DNA of 64,000 nt from a virus (Duplodnaviria > Caudoviricetes): the IMG/VR virus record IMGVR_UViG_3300049846_003387, positions 1,932-65,931 of that record; one strand, 5' to 3'. Within the stretch, counting starts at the first letter, position 1; each line of letters starts with the position of its first letter. The notes below the pieces were generated by a model. The model saw only the letters and a program-made list of their open reading frames with translations, did no database searches and was not told where the DNA came from. Of the stretch, positions 47,586 to 56,066 are shown piece after piece. The translations under genes and the position numbers were made by a program.

Positions 47586-49352
47586 ATGACTGATAATAAG
47601 CAAAAACCGTCTCGTAGACGTACAGCTCGAAATTCATCTAATCCAGATGCAACTATGATCAAAACAAATCAGGCTGCTCCAGTTGGCTTGAGTCCTAGGT
47701 TAGGAGCTGCTTCTGCTTCTGTCATTAGAACTCAACCTAAAGTATATTCTCCAATATATAATGATTCTAACCTAAATTTACCTCGTGATATACGTACCCA
47801 AAATGCGTGGAATCGCAATTACTTCGCCACTAATCCTCTTTGTAGATCTGCAATTACTCTTCACGCTTCCTATACTACAAGCAAATTTAAATTAATATGT
47901 AAAGATAGAAAAATTAAGCAATTTTTTGAAGATATGCTTGATAAAATGAATTTTTCCAATACTCTTTTAGAGATGGGAATAGAGTTTTGGAAATTAGGAG
48001 AGGTTTTTCCTTATGCTGAACTAGACGAAGATCATGGCACTTGGCAGTATGTTGTTGTTCATAATCCTGATTTTATTCATGTTCCACCTCCTAATCCCCT
48101 ACAGAAAGATCCTATCATAACTTTAGTTCCTGATGAAGCCCTGAAAAGACTAGTTACTTCTACTAATCCTTTGGATGTCATGTTACGCGAACATATTCCA
48201 CCAGAGGTTCTCCTTCATATTCAAAAAGGAGAGCCTATTCCACTTGATAATTTTAATGTTTCTCACTTAAAGATGCTCTCGTCTCCATATGATACTCGTG
48301 GAACGTCAATCATAACTTCGTGCTACCGCGATCTAATGCTGTATGACAAGATTAGAGAAGCTAAGATTGTTCAAGCAGATAATTTCATCAATCCAATTAC
48401 ACTAGTTAAAGTTGGTAATGAAAATTACAAACCTACTGATGACGACATAAGACAGTGGCAAGAACAAGTAGTCGACTCAATGGGAGATCAAGCTTATACA
48501 ATTGTTACACATGGCCTAGTTGAAATATCAAAGATCACTAACTCAGGTCAAACTCTTGATATGAATACTGACCTCGAAGAGGCCAAGAAGAACATAATGA
48601 TTGGACTTATGGTCCCTTCAGCACTCTTCGATCAAGACTACGGATCGTTCTCCAACGGCTCCATAGGATTACAAGTTCTCAAAGATAGATATAAAAACTT
48701 CCAACTCCAACTCAAAAAATGGATCGAAAGAAAAATCTTAGAACCTATTGCTAAAATACAGGATTTTTATGTTGTAGAAGGTGGAGAGAGAAAACTACTG
48801 GTTCCTACAGTTGAGTTTGAACGAATTTCTCTCAAAGAAGCAGATAACTACATCAACAATTTAGCTAACCATATTGGAGATCCGTCTTCTCCCGGTTCAG
48901 GTAAGGTATCATTACAAACATTCTTAGAATTATTAGATACAGATTATGAAACTGAAAAAGCTCGCCTAAGAATGGAGGCTCGTGATCAAATCGTTCTTCA
49001 AAAAGAAATCAAGGCAATGCAGAAGATGGATATTGAAGCACTCAAAACTCTTGCTGAAAATTCCCCAATTCAGGATCCAGGTGAAATTGATTCTTTAGAA
49101 AAATCTCTAGATATAGAATCCGAAGCAGATGAAATGGATGACAGTGGTGGTGCTGGCGGAGGAGATTTAAGTGGAGGTCTTGATTTGGGTGGTAGTGCAG
49201 GTGGAGGTGGTGGAGGAGACTTCGATTTAAGTGGTGGAGATTTAGGTGGAGAAGCTGATTTGGGTGGTGGACCTTCTCCAGAAGGTGGAGCACCTGAAGG
49301 TGAAGTTGGTGGCGGTGAACCTACTCCAACAGCCGAGCCACCTCCTACATAA
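47586..49352 (+). CDS. portal protein
   Basis: NPLCRSAITLHA, GEVFPY, VSHLKMLSSPYDTRGTSII, IMIGLMVP; Gly/acidic tail; lies between terminase and protease genes. Confidence 0.85.
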   Translation: MTDNKQKPSRRRTARNSSNPDATMIKTNQAAPVGLSPRLGAASASVIRTQPKVYSPIYNDSNLNLPRDIRTQNAWNRNYFATNPLCRSAITLHASYTTSKFKLICKDRKIKQFFEDMLDKMNFSNTLLEMGIEFWKLGEVFPYAELDEDHGTWQYVVVHNPDFIHVPPPNPLQKDPIITLVPDEALKRLVTSTNPLDVMLREHIPPEVLLHIQKGEPIPLDNFNVSHLKMLSSPYDTRGTSIITSCYRDLMLYDKIREAKIVQADNFINPITLVKVGNENYKPTDDDIRQWQEQVVDSMGDQAYTIVTHGLVEISKITNSGQTLDMNTDLEEAKKNIMIGLMVPSALFDQDYGSFSNGSIGLQVLKDRYKNFQLQLKKWIERKILEPIAKIQDFYVVEGGERKLLVPTVEFERISLKEADNYINNLANHIGDPSSPGSGKVSLQTFLELLDTDYETEKARLRMEARDQIVLQKEIKAMQKMDIEALKTLAENSPIQDPGEIDSLEKSLDIESEADEMDDSGGAGGGDLSGGLDLGGSAGGGGGGDFDLSGGDLGGEADLGGGPSPEGGAPEGEVGGGEPTPTAEPPPT

Positions 49353-49354
49353 GG

Positions 49355-49361
49355 TATTGAT
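49355..49361 (+). promoter_or_regulatory. TATTGAT box
   Basis: Immediately after the portal stop codon. Confidence 0.5.
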
Positions 49362-49376
49362 AATTTGACTCATTAT

Positions 49377-50021
49377 ATGAATTACATTGATCGAATTAAA
49401 CATCTTGCTGATCTTTTAGATAGAAATGGCTTTATCAAGCAAGCTGATCTTTTAGATCGTAAATTGCAAGTAATAGCGCAGGCTGCACAATCTGATATGA
49501 CGCCAAATCCTTTGGCTTCAGAAGCACCTCTCTCATTACCTTCAAATAACGAAGATTTAGAAGTTCTATCAAGAACAACATTTCTAATGCTTGAAGAATT
49601 GCGTGATTTTTTTGCACATAACTTATCGAAGTTTAAGTATTTTGGTGAAAATAACATCAAGATATTACAATCTGCCTTTGATCAATTAACTACGATGTAC
49701 AAAACTTTACTACGAAATGTAAGTCAAGAATATGATAAGCAGCAATTGGCCTCATACGAGCAACATTTGCGCAAGCTTCAAAAAGAAGTTGATAGATCGA
49801 TTACTATGAAACTTACTCCTATAAAGGTTAAGGTAGATAAATTTTTACTTTATAATGAATATGAGCATCTTCTCAAAAAAATAGAAAGACATTACGATGC
49901 AGGACTTCGTGAGCTTCAACCCGTATTAAAAAAAGCACGCTCAGTACGTGAGGCTTTTGCTAACATCATTCAACAAACTTCCGAAGAAATAGCGCACGCT
50001 GATCTAATAGAAAATACATAA
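49377..50021 (+). CDS. putative internal head protein
   Basis: IKHLADLLDRNGFIKQADLLD leader. Confidence 0.8.
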   Translation: MNYIDRIKHLADLLDRNGFIKQADLLDRKLQVIAQAAQSDMTPNPLASEAPLSLPSNNEDLEVLSRTTFLMLEELRDFFAHNLSKFKYFGENNIKILQSAFDQLTTMYKTLLRNVSQEYDKQQLASYEQHLRKLQKEVDRSITMKLTPIKVKVDKFLLYNEYEHLLKKIERHYDAGLRELQPVLKKARSVREAFANIIQQTSEEIAHADLIENT

Positions 50022-50030
50022 GGATTTTAC

Positions 50031-50183
50031 ATGCTTAAGAAAACTATTATCGCTGAACTTCAGATAGAAGCTATCTCAGATAAAACTACACTAACCATCG
50101 CTGCTATTGATGAAAATACAGACAAGGATAAGAAGAAAAAATCAAAGGACCCATCAGATGACAAAAAAAAATTCACGAAGTAG
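50031..50183 (+). CDS. 50-aa ORF ending at an A9 run (possible frameshift)
   Basis: AAGGA RBS; MLKKTIIAELQIEAISDK...DDKKKFTK*; not in the ORF track. Confidence 0.65.
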   Translation: MLKKTIIAELQIEAISDKTTLTIAAIDENTDKDKKKKSKDPSDDKKKFTK

Positions 50184-52269
50184 AAGTCTACTTCGCTTAA
50201 CACGGGTGGCTAATCAGTTCAAAGCATCAGGACGTATAGGCAAAAAAGCTGCCATCCATTCATGCATTAAATGTGGATATGGTTTTGCAGGTCGTAAGCC
50301 AGATGGATTCGGATCAATGATTGACCTAACTTCTTCAGATCCAGATTATATTCCAACAAAACCTTGTCCAAGTTGTAAATTTGTTCTAAATCCTTCTTCA
50401 AGTCAAGAAGAAGAAGTAAATAAAGTAAAAGCTAAAGAAGGCTTTGGTGAAAAGTATTATGTGATATATCAACCAATGGATGGTGACGTAGAAACTATAG
50501 GAGGTCCCATTTATGGTAAATCTGAAGCTGAAGATCATAGAGAGTTATTGATAAATAAAATCAAAAATTCTATCTATTTCAAAGATGTTGACCTGGGAGA
50601 ATTAGGAAAATTGCCAGAAGTCTTGGACGAAGAAGAAGTAGTGGTAGTATCTGAATCCAGTGATTCACAACTTGCAAAAGAGATCGAGGACGGTCTTTTT
50701 GATGGACTTGTAATGAGACCATCACAACAAATTAAAAAAGTAGAAGAATGGGATAAATCTTGGAGAGCTGTAAAACTAAGAGAGCTTAAAGAACGACCAC
50801 CAACTAAAGATGAGAACGTAGCAAAATCTTTAAAGAAAATTAAGTTCGCTCAATTTTCAAGTAATGCAAAATTAGCAGAATATTGTTCAGATTTATTCTT
50901 TATTCTTTACGGAAAATATACAGATGAAGGATATACTCATACAGATGCTGTAGATAAGGCAACAGCTGAAGTAGATGAATATTATTCCCAACATTGTAAT
51001 AAAGAACCTAAAGACTTTAATATTGCAAGTCGTAATTATAGTACTATAAGGAGATTTTCGATGAGAGAGAAGTTACTAGTTAAAAAAGCTCAGAGTGTTT
51101 TGGGAAGCTCTGATGTTCAGATGTGGTTAGATAATCTTAAAGAACTCTTAGTTCAAACAGGGACGGCTACTAGACGTCCAGGTCTAGGCTATAGAGAAAG
51201 ATACAGTGGTGGAAAAGATATAGAACTTTCAAGTCCAAGCTATCGAGTAATTCCTGTATATGATTACGATCCCAGCAGATTAAAAGATCCAAAGTATAAG
51301 GCTGAAGTTGATGAAGCTTGGGAAGTTGCTAAAGAAGAAGTGATAAAAGCTCTTCAAAATTCTAAGGATGCTCCTAAGAATTGGAGGCGTTATTATAATG
51401 ATATGGATGCTCCTAATCCTGGAGAATGGCTCTATAATGTAGATAGTTTCATAGAAAGTAGTTATGAAAAAACCTCAGAAGGACAATCTTATGCTAGACT
51501 TCAAGATGCACGCGCTAGAGCACGAATCTGGATAATTCAAAAAGGAATTAGAAACAACGAACATCGCGAAGCCATGCTCGCATTAGTTAATCAATTACAA
51601 ACAGATGGCTTAAAGACGTGGCTAAAATATTGCAGAAGCTATAAAACAAATGCAAGCGGAACAAAAGTAAGCCGTGACATCAAAGACTTAATAGATTATG
51701 GTAATCAGCTGCTTCAGCAGCAAAGAACAGTAGCTGCACAAGCTAAAGATTTTAGAAAAATAGCAAAAACTTTGGTAGCAACAGCTAATAAATTTGATGT
51801 AACTAATCCTTCTTTAGCTAAAGAAGCAGATAAACTTCTTGCTGATCTATATAAATTAGCACAAAATCTTGATCCTAATGCTACAAAAAATTTTATGAAG
51901 GGATATGGCGGAATCAAAATGATGGGTTGCTCCGACAAGTGTTCGGGTAGTTATCATGATCATCCTACCGATTCTGATGTAATGTATGTAGATGATTTAG
52001 ATATGCATAACGACCATGATCCAGAAATTGTCGAAATTGAAGAACCAACTCCTGAATACGACCTTATAGGATTAGACGATGTTAAATCTGAACTTGAAAA
52101 CATGAAGTGGCGAATTGCAGATAAAAAACGTCGAGAAGCTCTCGAAACTGCAATTGAGCATATCGAAAAAGCTCAACAATATCATGATGCATGCAAGTCT
52201 CGTAAAGATAAAGTTCACAGTATCTTCGACAATGCTGGCTTAGCTTTGCGCTTAAAGGACTTTACCTAA
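50107..52269 (+). CDS. large mosaic head-associated protein (true start perhaps GTG 50206; internal RBS+ATG at 51061)
   Basis: Zn ribbon CIKC...CPSC; several KxA motifs. Confidence 0.75.
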   Translation: MMKIQTRIRRKNQRTHQMTKKNSRSRSLLRLTRVANQFKASGRIGKKAAIHSCIKCGYGFAGRKPDGFGSMIDLTSSDPDYIPTKPCPSCKFVLNPSSSQEEEVNKVKAKEGFGEKYYVIYQPMDGDVETIGGPIYGKSEAEDHRELLINKIKNSIYFKDVDLGELGKLPEVLDEEEVVVVSESSDSQLAKEIEDGLFDGLVMRPSQQIKKVEEWDKSWRAVKLRELKERPPTKDENVAKSLKKIKFAQFSSNAKLAEYCSDLFFILYGKYTDEGYTHTDAVDKATAEVDEYYSQHCNKEPKDFNIASRNYSTIRRFSMREKLLVKKAQSVLGSSDVQMWLDNLKELLVQTGTATRRPGLGYRERYSGGKDIELSSPSYRVIPVYDYDPSRLKDPKYKAEVDEAWEVAKEEVIKALQNSKDAPKNWRRYYNDMDAPNPGEWLYNVDSFIESSYEKTSEGQSYARLQDARARARIWIIQKGIRNNEHREAMLALVNQLQTDGLKTWLKYCRSYKTNASGTKVSRDIKDLIDYGNQLLQQQRTVAAQAKDFRKIAKTLVATANKFDVTNPSLAKEADKLLADLYKLAQNLDPNATKNFMKGYGGIKMMGCSDKCSGSYHDHPTDSDVMYVDDLDMHNDHDPEIVEIEEPTPEYDLIGLDDVKSELENMKWRIADKKRREALETAIEHIEKAQQYHDACKSRKDKVHSIFDNAGLALRLKDFT

Positions 52270-52280
52270 AAGGAAAATTT

Positions 52281-55200
52281 ATGCTTATTAAGATTGCAAA
52301 TTCAGAGTTTATACTAGATGCTTCACATCAACTTTCTGCTGAGAAAGCTTTAGCGTCTCCAGAAATTACAGGTCGTTTTAAGAAATTAGCATCCGAAATA
52401 AAGAAAGTGGCTCCTCGTTCTGGAGATTTTCTCTACTTCATTGCGCGTGGTATCCATGCGATGGAGCATGCAGCGATAGATCCTGTAACTCGTCAATACA
52501 ACGCGAAACTTGGTCATATAGCTTACAATGATGGCAAAGGTAGTTGTAAAGCTTGTGGAACTCATCTTTTAAAGACAAGTTCTGGCGATCCTATTGAAGG
52601 TTTGTGGTGCTCGGCCTCTCAAGTTGAGCCTTGGATAAATCAAAATGGTGATGCTTTTCCTGAAGACGAGCTTTTAGCAGAAGTTCCTGATCCCCAAGAT
52701 TCTACTCGCAAAATTAGAGCTTACCAAACCTTTATAGGTAAAGGTCTCTTCACAGATCACAAAAGTTCCGAAGTTGAAAACATCAGAGGAATTATTCTTG
52801 ATGCTGCATACGACAGCTCAACAAAAGGAGTTGATCTTCTAATAGCTCTAGATAAAGTAAACTATCCTGAATTAGCACGCCAAGTTTCTGCTGGATATTC
52901 AGCACAGGTTAGTATGGGATGCCAAGTTAATCTAAGTCACTGCAGCATCTGTGGAAATAAAGCTGTTACAGAGCATGATTATTGTAATCATGTGAAACAA
53001 GGAAAGGCAATTGCTAGGGCAGGTCAACCTCGTTGTTATGAAATTAACAAAGGCTTGAATTTCATCGAGCTTTCTGTTGTAGGTACTGCAGCTGATCCAA
53101 GAGCTAGAATTAGAACTATCGTCGCTCACGCTCAAAATATTAGAAAAAATTTAGAGGCAAATCTTCAAACAACTGATGCTCAGAACGAAAATCAATTGAT
53201 TTTAGAATCTCTTAATAGACTAGAACAACAAATCGGAGATATTCAATCTCAAGTTGATTCGTCAACATCAGAACAATCACCGATTATAGCTTCTTCAGCG
53301 CAAGAAATAATTAACAAAATTGCTAATTTAGAACAGCAAATCAAAGACATTGGAGGCAGATTCATGGCTCAGAAAACTCAGAACAAAAAAGCGTACATGC
53401 AGGGTACGGTTGAACCAGAAGTTGGTAAGACTTTTGACATGTCTGACAAAGATTACCATCAGTACTGGGAAGGTGATAAACATCTTCATGGTCAAGGGAT
53501 GGACGAAGGTCCAGAAGGCCTCCACTCTGGATATGGTATGGGATCAGATGAAGAAGTCAAAAAGACTTATCTTCGTGCTTCTATGCAAGAACGTAAAAAG
53601 GCTCGTAAGGCGCTTCTCGAAAAAGCTGCTTATATGCAAGGAACTACAGAACCAGAAGTTGGTAAAACTTTTGATATGTCTGATAAAGATTATCATCAAT
53701 ACTGGGAAGAAGATAAGCATCTTCACGGCCAAGGCATGGAATCTGGTAGCGATGGATTACATCCAGGCTATGGATTGGGTTCCGATGAAAATGTTAAAAA
53801 AGAATTACTTAGAGCAAAGCTTCGCGCTAAATTGCAAAAATTTGCCAAGTCATCTAAAAATACCTGGACAGTCTTTGCTGGTGAACAACCAGTATTGAGC
53901 CTTTCAGCTGAACAAGCTTATGGTTCTGCTTTAACTTCTCCTGCAGAAGAAGTTGATAGTGGTCTAACTAATCAACAATGGTTCGACTCTAAAGACTATG
54001 GTATCAATTTAGTTAGAGCTGTCAAGCAACTTGGAATTGAAAAAGTTGCTTCTGAAATTGCTTCTGCTAAACGAGTAAATGCACAGGCAGCTCCAGCAGC
54101 TCCTGCACCTGCTGCTCCTGCTATGGATGCTTCTGCTCCTGCTCCTGCTGCTCCAGAAATGCCTGCAGCCGAAGGACAACCTGAAATGTCAGCCGCTGAA
54201 GGTATCAAAGCCGCTGCTGAACGTATCGAATCTGCAAAAGATGAGATTTTATCGCTTGTTGATACATTAGATGGAGCTCCTGCCGCTGAAGGCGAGGCTC
54301 TTGCTGGTGATCTCGGTGCTGCTAGTGAAGAACTTGGAGATCTAGGTACAGAAATGGATGCAGCTTCTCAACTTCCTCCTGCTGCTGCAAGTGCATTCAA
54401 GAAACTTACACGTCAAGCTTTGAATCACGCAAGTTTACTTCTTAAAAAAGCTGAAGCTTTCGCAATTAAAATTGCTAAAGAAGATGAAGAAGATGAGAAA
54501 GACGATGACAAGGAAGATAAAGAAGAAGACACAGTTGAAATTGAAGTAAAAGATGCTGATAAGGAAGATGTTAAAGTAAAAGAAGCAAAACTCTCTACTC
54601 GTGAATTACAAGCACGTAAAACTGCTCGCATGAAACTTGCTCAGCAAATTTATAACCTCACTGAAGGCGATATGACTGCTGAAGCACATCCTGACGGTGG
54701 TAATGAAACTACATTTCCTAACCAACCAAAAGGCAAAATCGAAACTGGTACAGAAGCTCAAAAAGCTGACATTGAAGTAGCTAATTCAATTCCACGTGGA
54801 GAACTTGTTGCTCGTAAGAATCGCAGAAATCAACTTCTCAAGGCTGCTAATCTAGTTCTTGCTGCTGAAACTACTCAACAAGCGATGCAAGTTGATCAAG
54901 CCAAAGCTAAAGCCGATGAGATGGCAGAACAATTAGCAAACAATTTAAAAAATCAAAGTGGTAATAAGATGATGGGGAAAAAAGAGAAAAAAGCAGCTGT
55001 TGATAATGAAACCAAGCAATACTACAAAGAAGAGGCTTCTCAATCTGCAACTGGTCAAAAACCAGATCCAGAAGTTGGTAAATTTTACAGCGAACTCACC
55101 CAAGACTTTACCAACAAGAAGGCAACTGTAGCTGTTCATGATTACGGTCTCAAAATGAAGAGAGCCTTCCAAGTTGCTCTACGAAGAGCAAATCTCGGTC

Positions 55201-55430
55201 AAATCGAAAGCTCACACGAAGCAGTTGAAGCAGATGTTGATCGCTTAATGAAATTGGACGACGAGAGTTTCCAAGCTTTCTCACAACTGGTGGAGAATAC
55301 CAAAAAAGCTGCTGTATCAACTAAACCTGCTGCAAAGCAAGTTCGCACTGCTGGAGCTCTTAACGTTGGCGTTGATCCTAAGCCCGAATCTATGGTAGAT
55401 ATTCTTAGTAAGCTTCCTTGGAAATCCTAA
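52281..55430 (+). CDS. prohead protease-scaffold fusion
   Basis: NQNGDAF, FIGKGLFTDH, VSMGC...CSICGN...CNH, FIELSVV...ADPRA (HK97/assemblin-fold protease signature); long Ala/Glu-rich C-terminal region. Confidence 0.85.
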   Translation: MLIKIANSEFILDASHQLSAEKALASPEITGRFKKLASEIKKVAPRSGDFLYFIARGIHAMEHAAIDPVTRQYNAKLGHIAYNDGKGSCKACGTHLLKTSSGDPIEGLWCSASQVEPWINQNGDAFPEDELLAEVPDPQDSTRKIRAYQTFIGKGLFTDHKSSEVENIRGIILDAAYDSSTKGVDLLIALDKVNYPELARQVSAGYSAQVSMGCQVNLSHCSICGNKAVTEHDYCNHVKQGKAIARAGQPRCYEINKGLNFIELSVVGTAADPRARIRTIVAHAQNIRKNLEANLQTTDAQNENQLILESLNRLEQQIGDIQSQVDSSTSEQSPIIASSAQEIINKIANLEQQIKDIGGRFMAQKTQNKKAYMQGTVEPEVGKTFDMSDKDYHQYWEGDKHLHGQGMDEGPEGLHSGYGMGSDEEVKKTYLRASMQERKKARKALLEKAAYMQGTTEPEVGKTFDMSDKDYHQYWEEDKHLHGQGMESGSDGLHPGYGLGSDENVKKELLRAKLRAKLQKFAKSSKNTWTVFAGEQPVLSLSAEQAYGSALTSPAEEVDSGLTNQQWFDSKDYGINLVRAVKQLGIEKVASEIASAKRVNAQAAPAAPAPAAPAMDASAPAPAAPEMPAAEGQPEMSAAEGIKAAAERIESAKDEILSLVDTLDGAPAAEGEALAGDLGAASEELGDLGTEMDAASQLPPAAASAFKKLTRQALNHASLLLKKAEAFAIKIAKEDEEDEKDDDKEDKEEDTVEIEVKDADKEDVKVKEAKLSTRELQARKTARMKLAQQIYNLTEGDMTAEAHPDGGNETTFPNQPKGKIETGTEAQKADIEVANSIPRGELVARKNRRNQLLKAANLVLAAETTQQAMQVDQAKAKADEMAEQLANNLKNQSGNKMMGKKEKKAAVDNETKQYYKEEASQSATGQKPDPEVGKFYSELTQDFTNKKATVAVHDYGLKMKRAFQVALRRANLGQIESSHEAVEADVDRLMKLDDESFQAFSQLVENTKKAAVSTKPAAKQVRTAGALNVGVDPKPESMVDILSKLPWKS
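53394..53816 (+). repeat. two-copy coding repeat, period 237 bp
   Basis: YMQGTxEPEVGKTFDMSDKDYHQYWExDKHLHGQGM at 53394 and 53631. Confidence 0.9.
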
Positions 55431-55450
55431 TAGGTAGACATGAAATTACT

Positions 55451-55497
55451 GCCCCCAGGACTCGCCCCTTAAAAGGCCCCTGGGGGTTACTTTTATT
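55451..55497 (+). terminator. GC-rich hairpin terminator
   Basis: gcccccagg...cctgggggt followed by tacttttatt. Confidence 0.7.
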
Positions 55498-55529
55498 AGC
55501 GACAAAATTCTGTTTTTTAGAATAATTAC

Positions 55530-55536
55530 TATTGAT
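55530..55536 (+). promoter_or_regulatory. TATTGAT box
   Basis: After the terminator, 32 bp before ATG 55569. Confidence 0.65.
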
Positions 55537-55568
55537 TTTTTACTATTCCAAGCAACAACTGGAGAAAA

Positions 55569-56063
55569 ATGATGAGCAATAATAAAATCTTAAAAGCCCA
55601 GCAATCTTTACGATTTGCTCAATCTCTTCTTGGTGAAATTACTCGAACTCCAGAAGCTGTTAAGCTTCTTCAAGAAGCATTAAAGGCTGAATTCCAACAA
55701 TGGGATCTTTATTATGCATATAAAGATCAATTGAGGGGCCTGTCTAGAGAACCTATTGCTGAGCATTTTCAAGAACATGCTCAAGATGAAGCTGATCACA
55801 TTGAAATTCTTCAAAGATATCTAGTTAGTATGGGTGAGCATCCAACAAAACAACGTGAACCTATTCCTGAAGTTGCTGCCGACATTATGAAAATTATAGC
55901 TTTGCAATATAAGTTTGAAATCAAAGCTGTTAAAACTTATCAAAGTCTATTAATTCAATTAGAAGATAATGATCCTCTGAGAATAGAAATAGAGAATATT
56001 CTTGCTAAAGAAATGGAACATGCTCAAGATTTAGAATTGCTTTTCAAACAAACTAGAAAGTAA
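55569..56063 (+). CDS. ferritin/bacterioferritin-like di-iron protein
   Basis: ALKAE...Y, EHAQDEADH, EIKAVKTY, KEMEHAQDL ferroxidase-type ligands. Confidence 0.88.
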   Translation: MMSNNKILKAQQSLRFAQSLLGEITRTPEAVKLLQEALKAEFQQWDLYYAYKDQLRGLSREPIAEHFQEHAQDEADHIEILQRYLVSMGEHPTKQREPIPEVAADIMKIIALQYKFEIKAVKTYQSLLIQLEDNDPLRIEIENILAKEMEHAQDLELLFKQTRK

Positions 56064-56066
56064 GAG

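Noticed and set aside
49140-49350. GGT/GGA-rich low-complexity tract
   Set aside because: Encodes the Gly/acidic portal tail; not a separate element.
53350-53898. 182-aa alternative-frame ORF inside the protease-scaffold gene
   Set aside because: Shadow of the internal repeat and codon bias; no RBS. The in-frame ATG 53364 explains the nearby SD.
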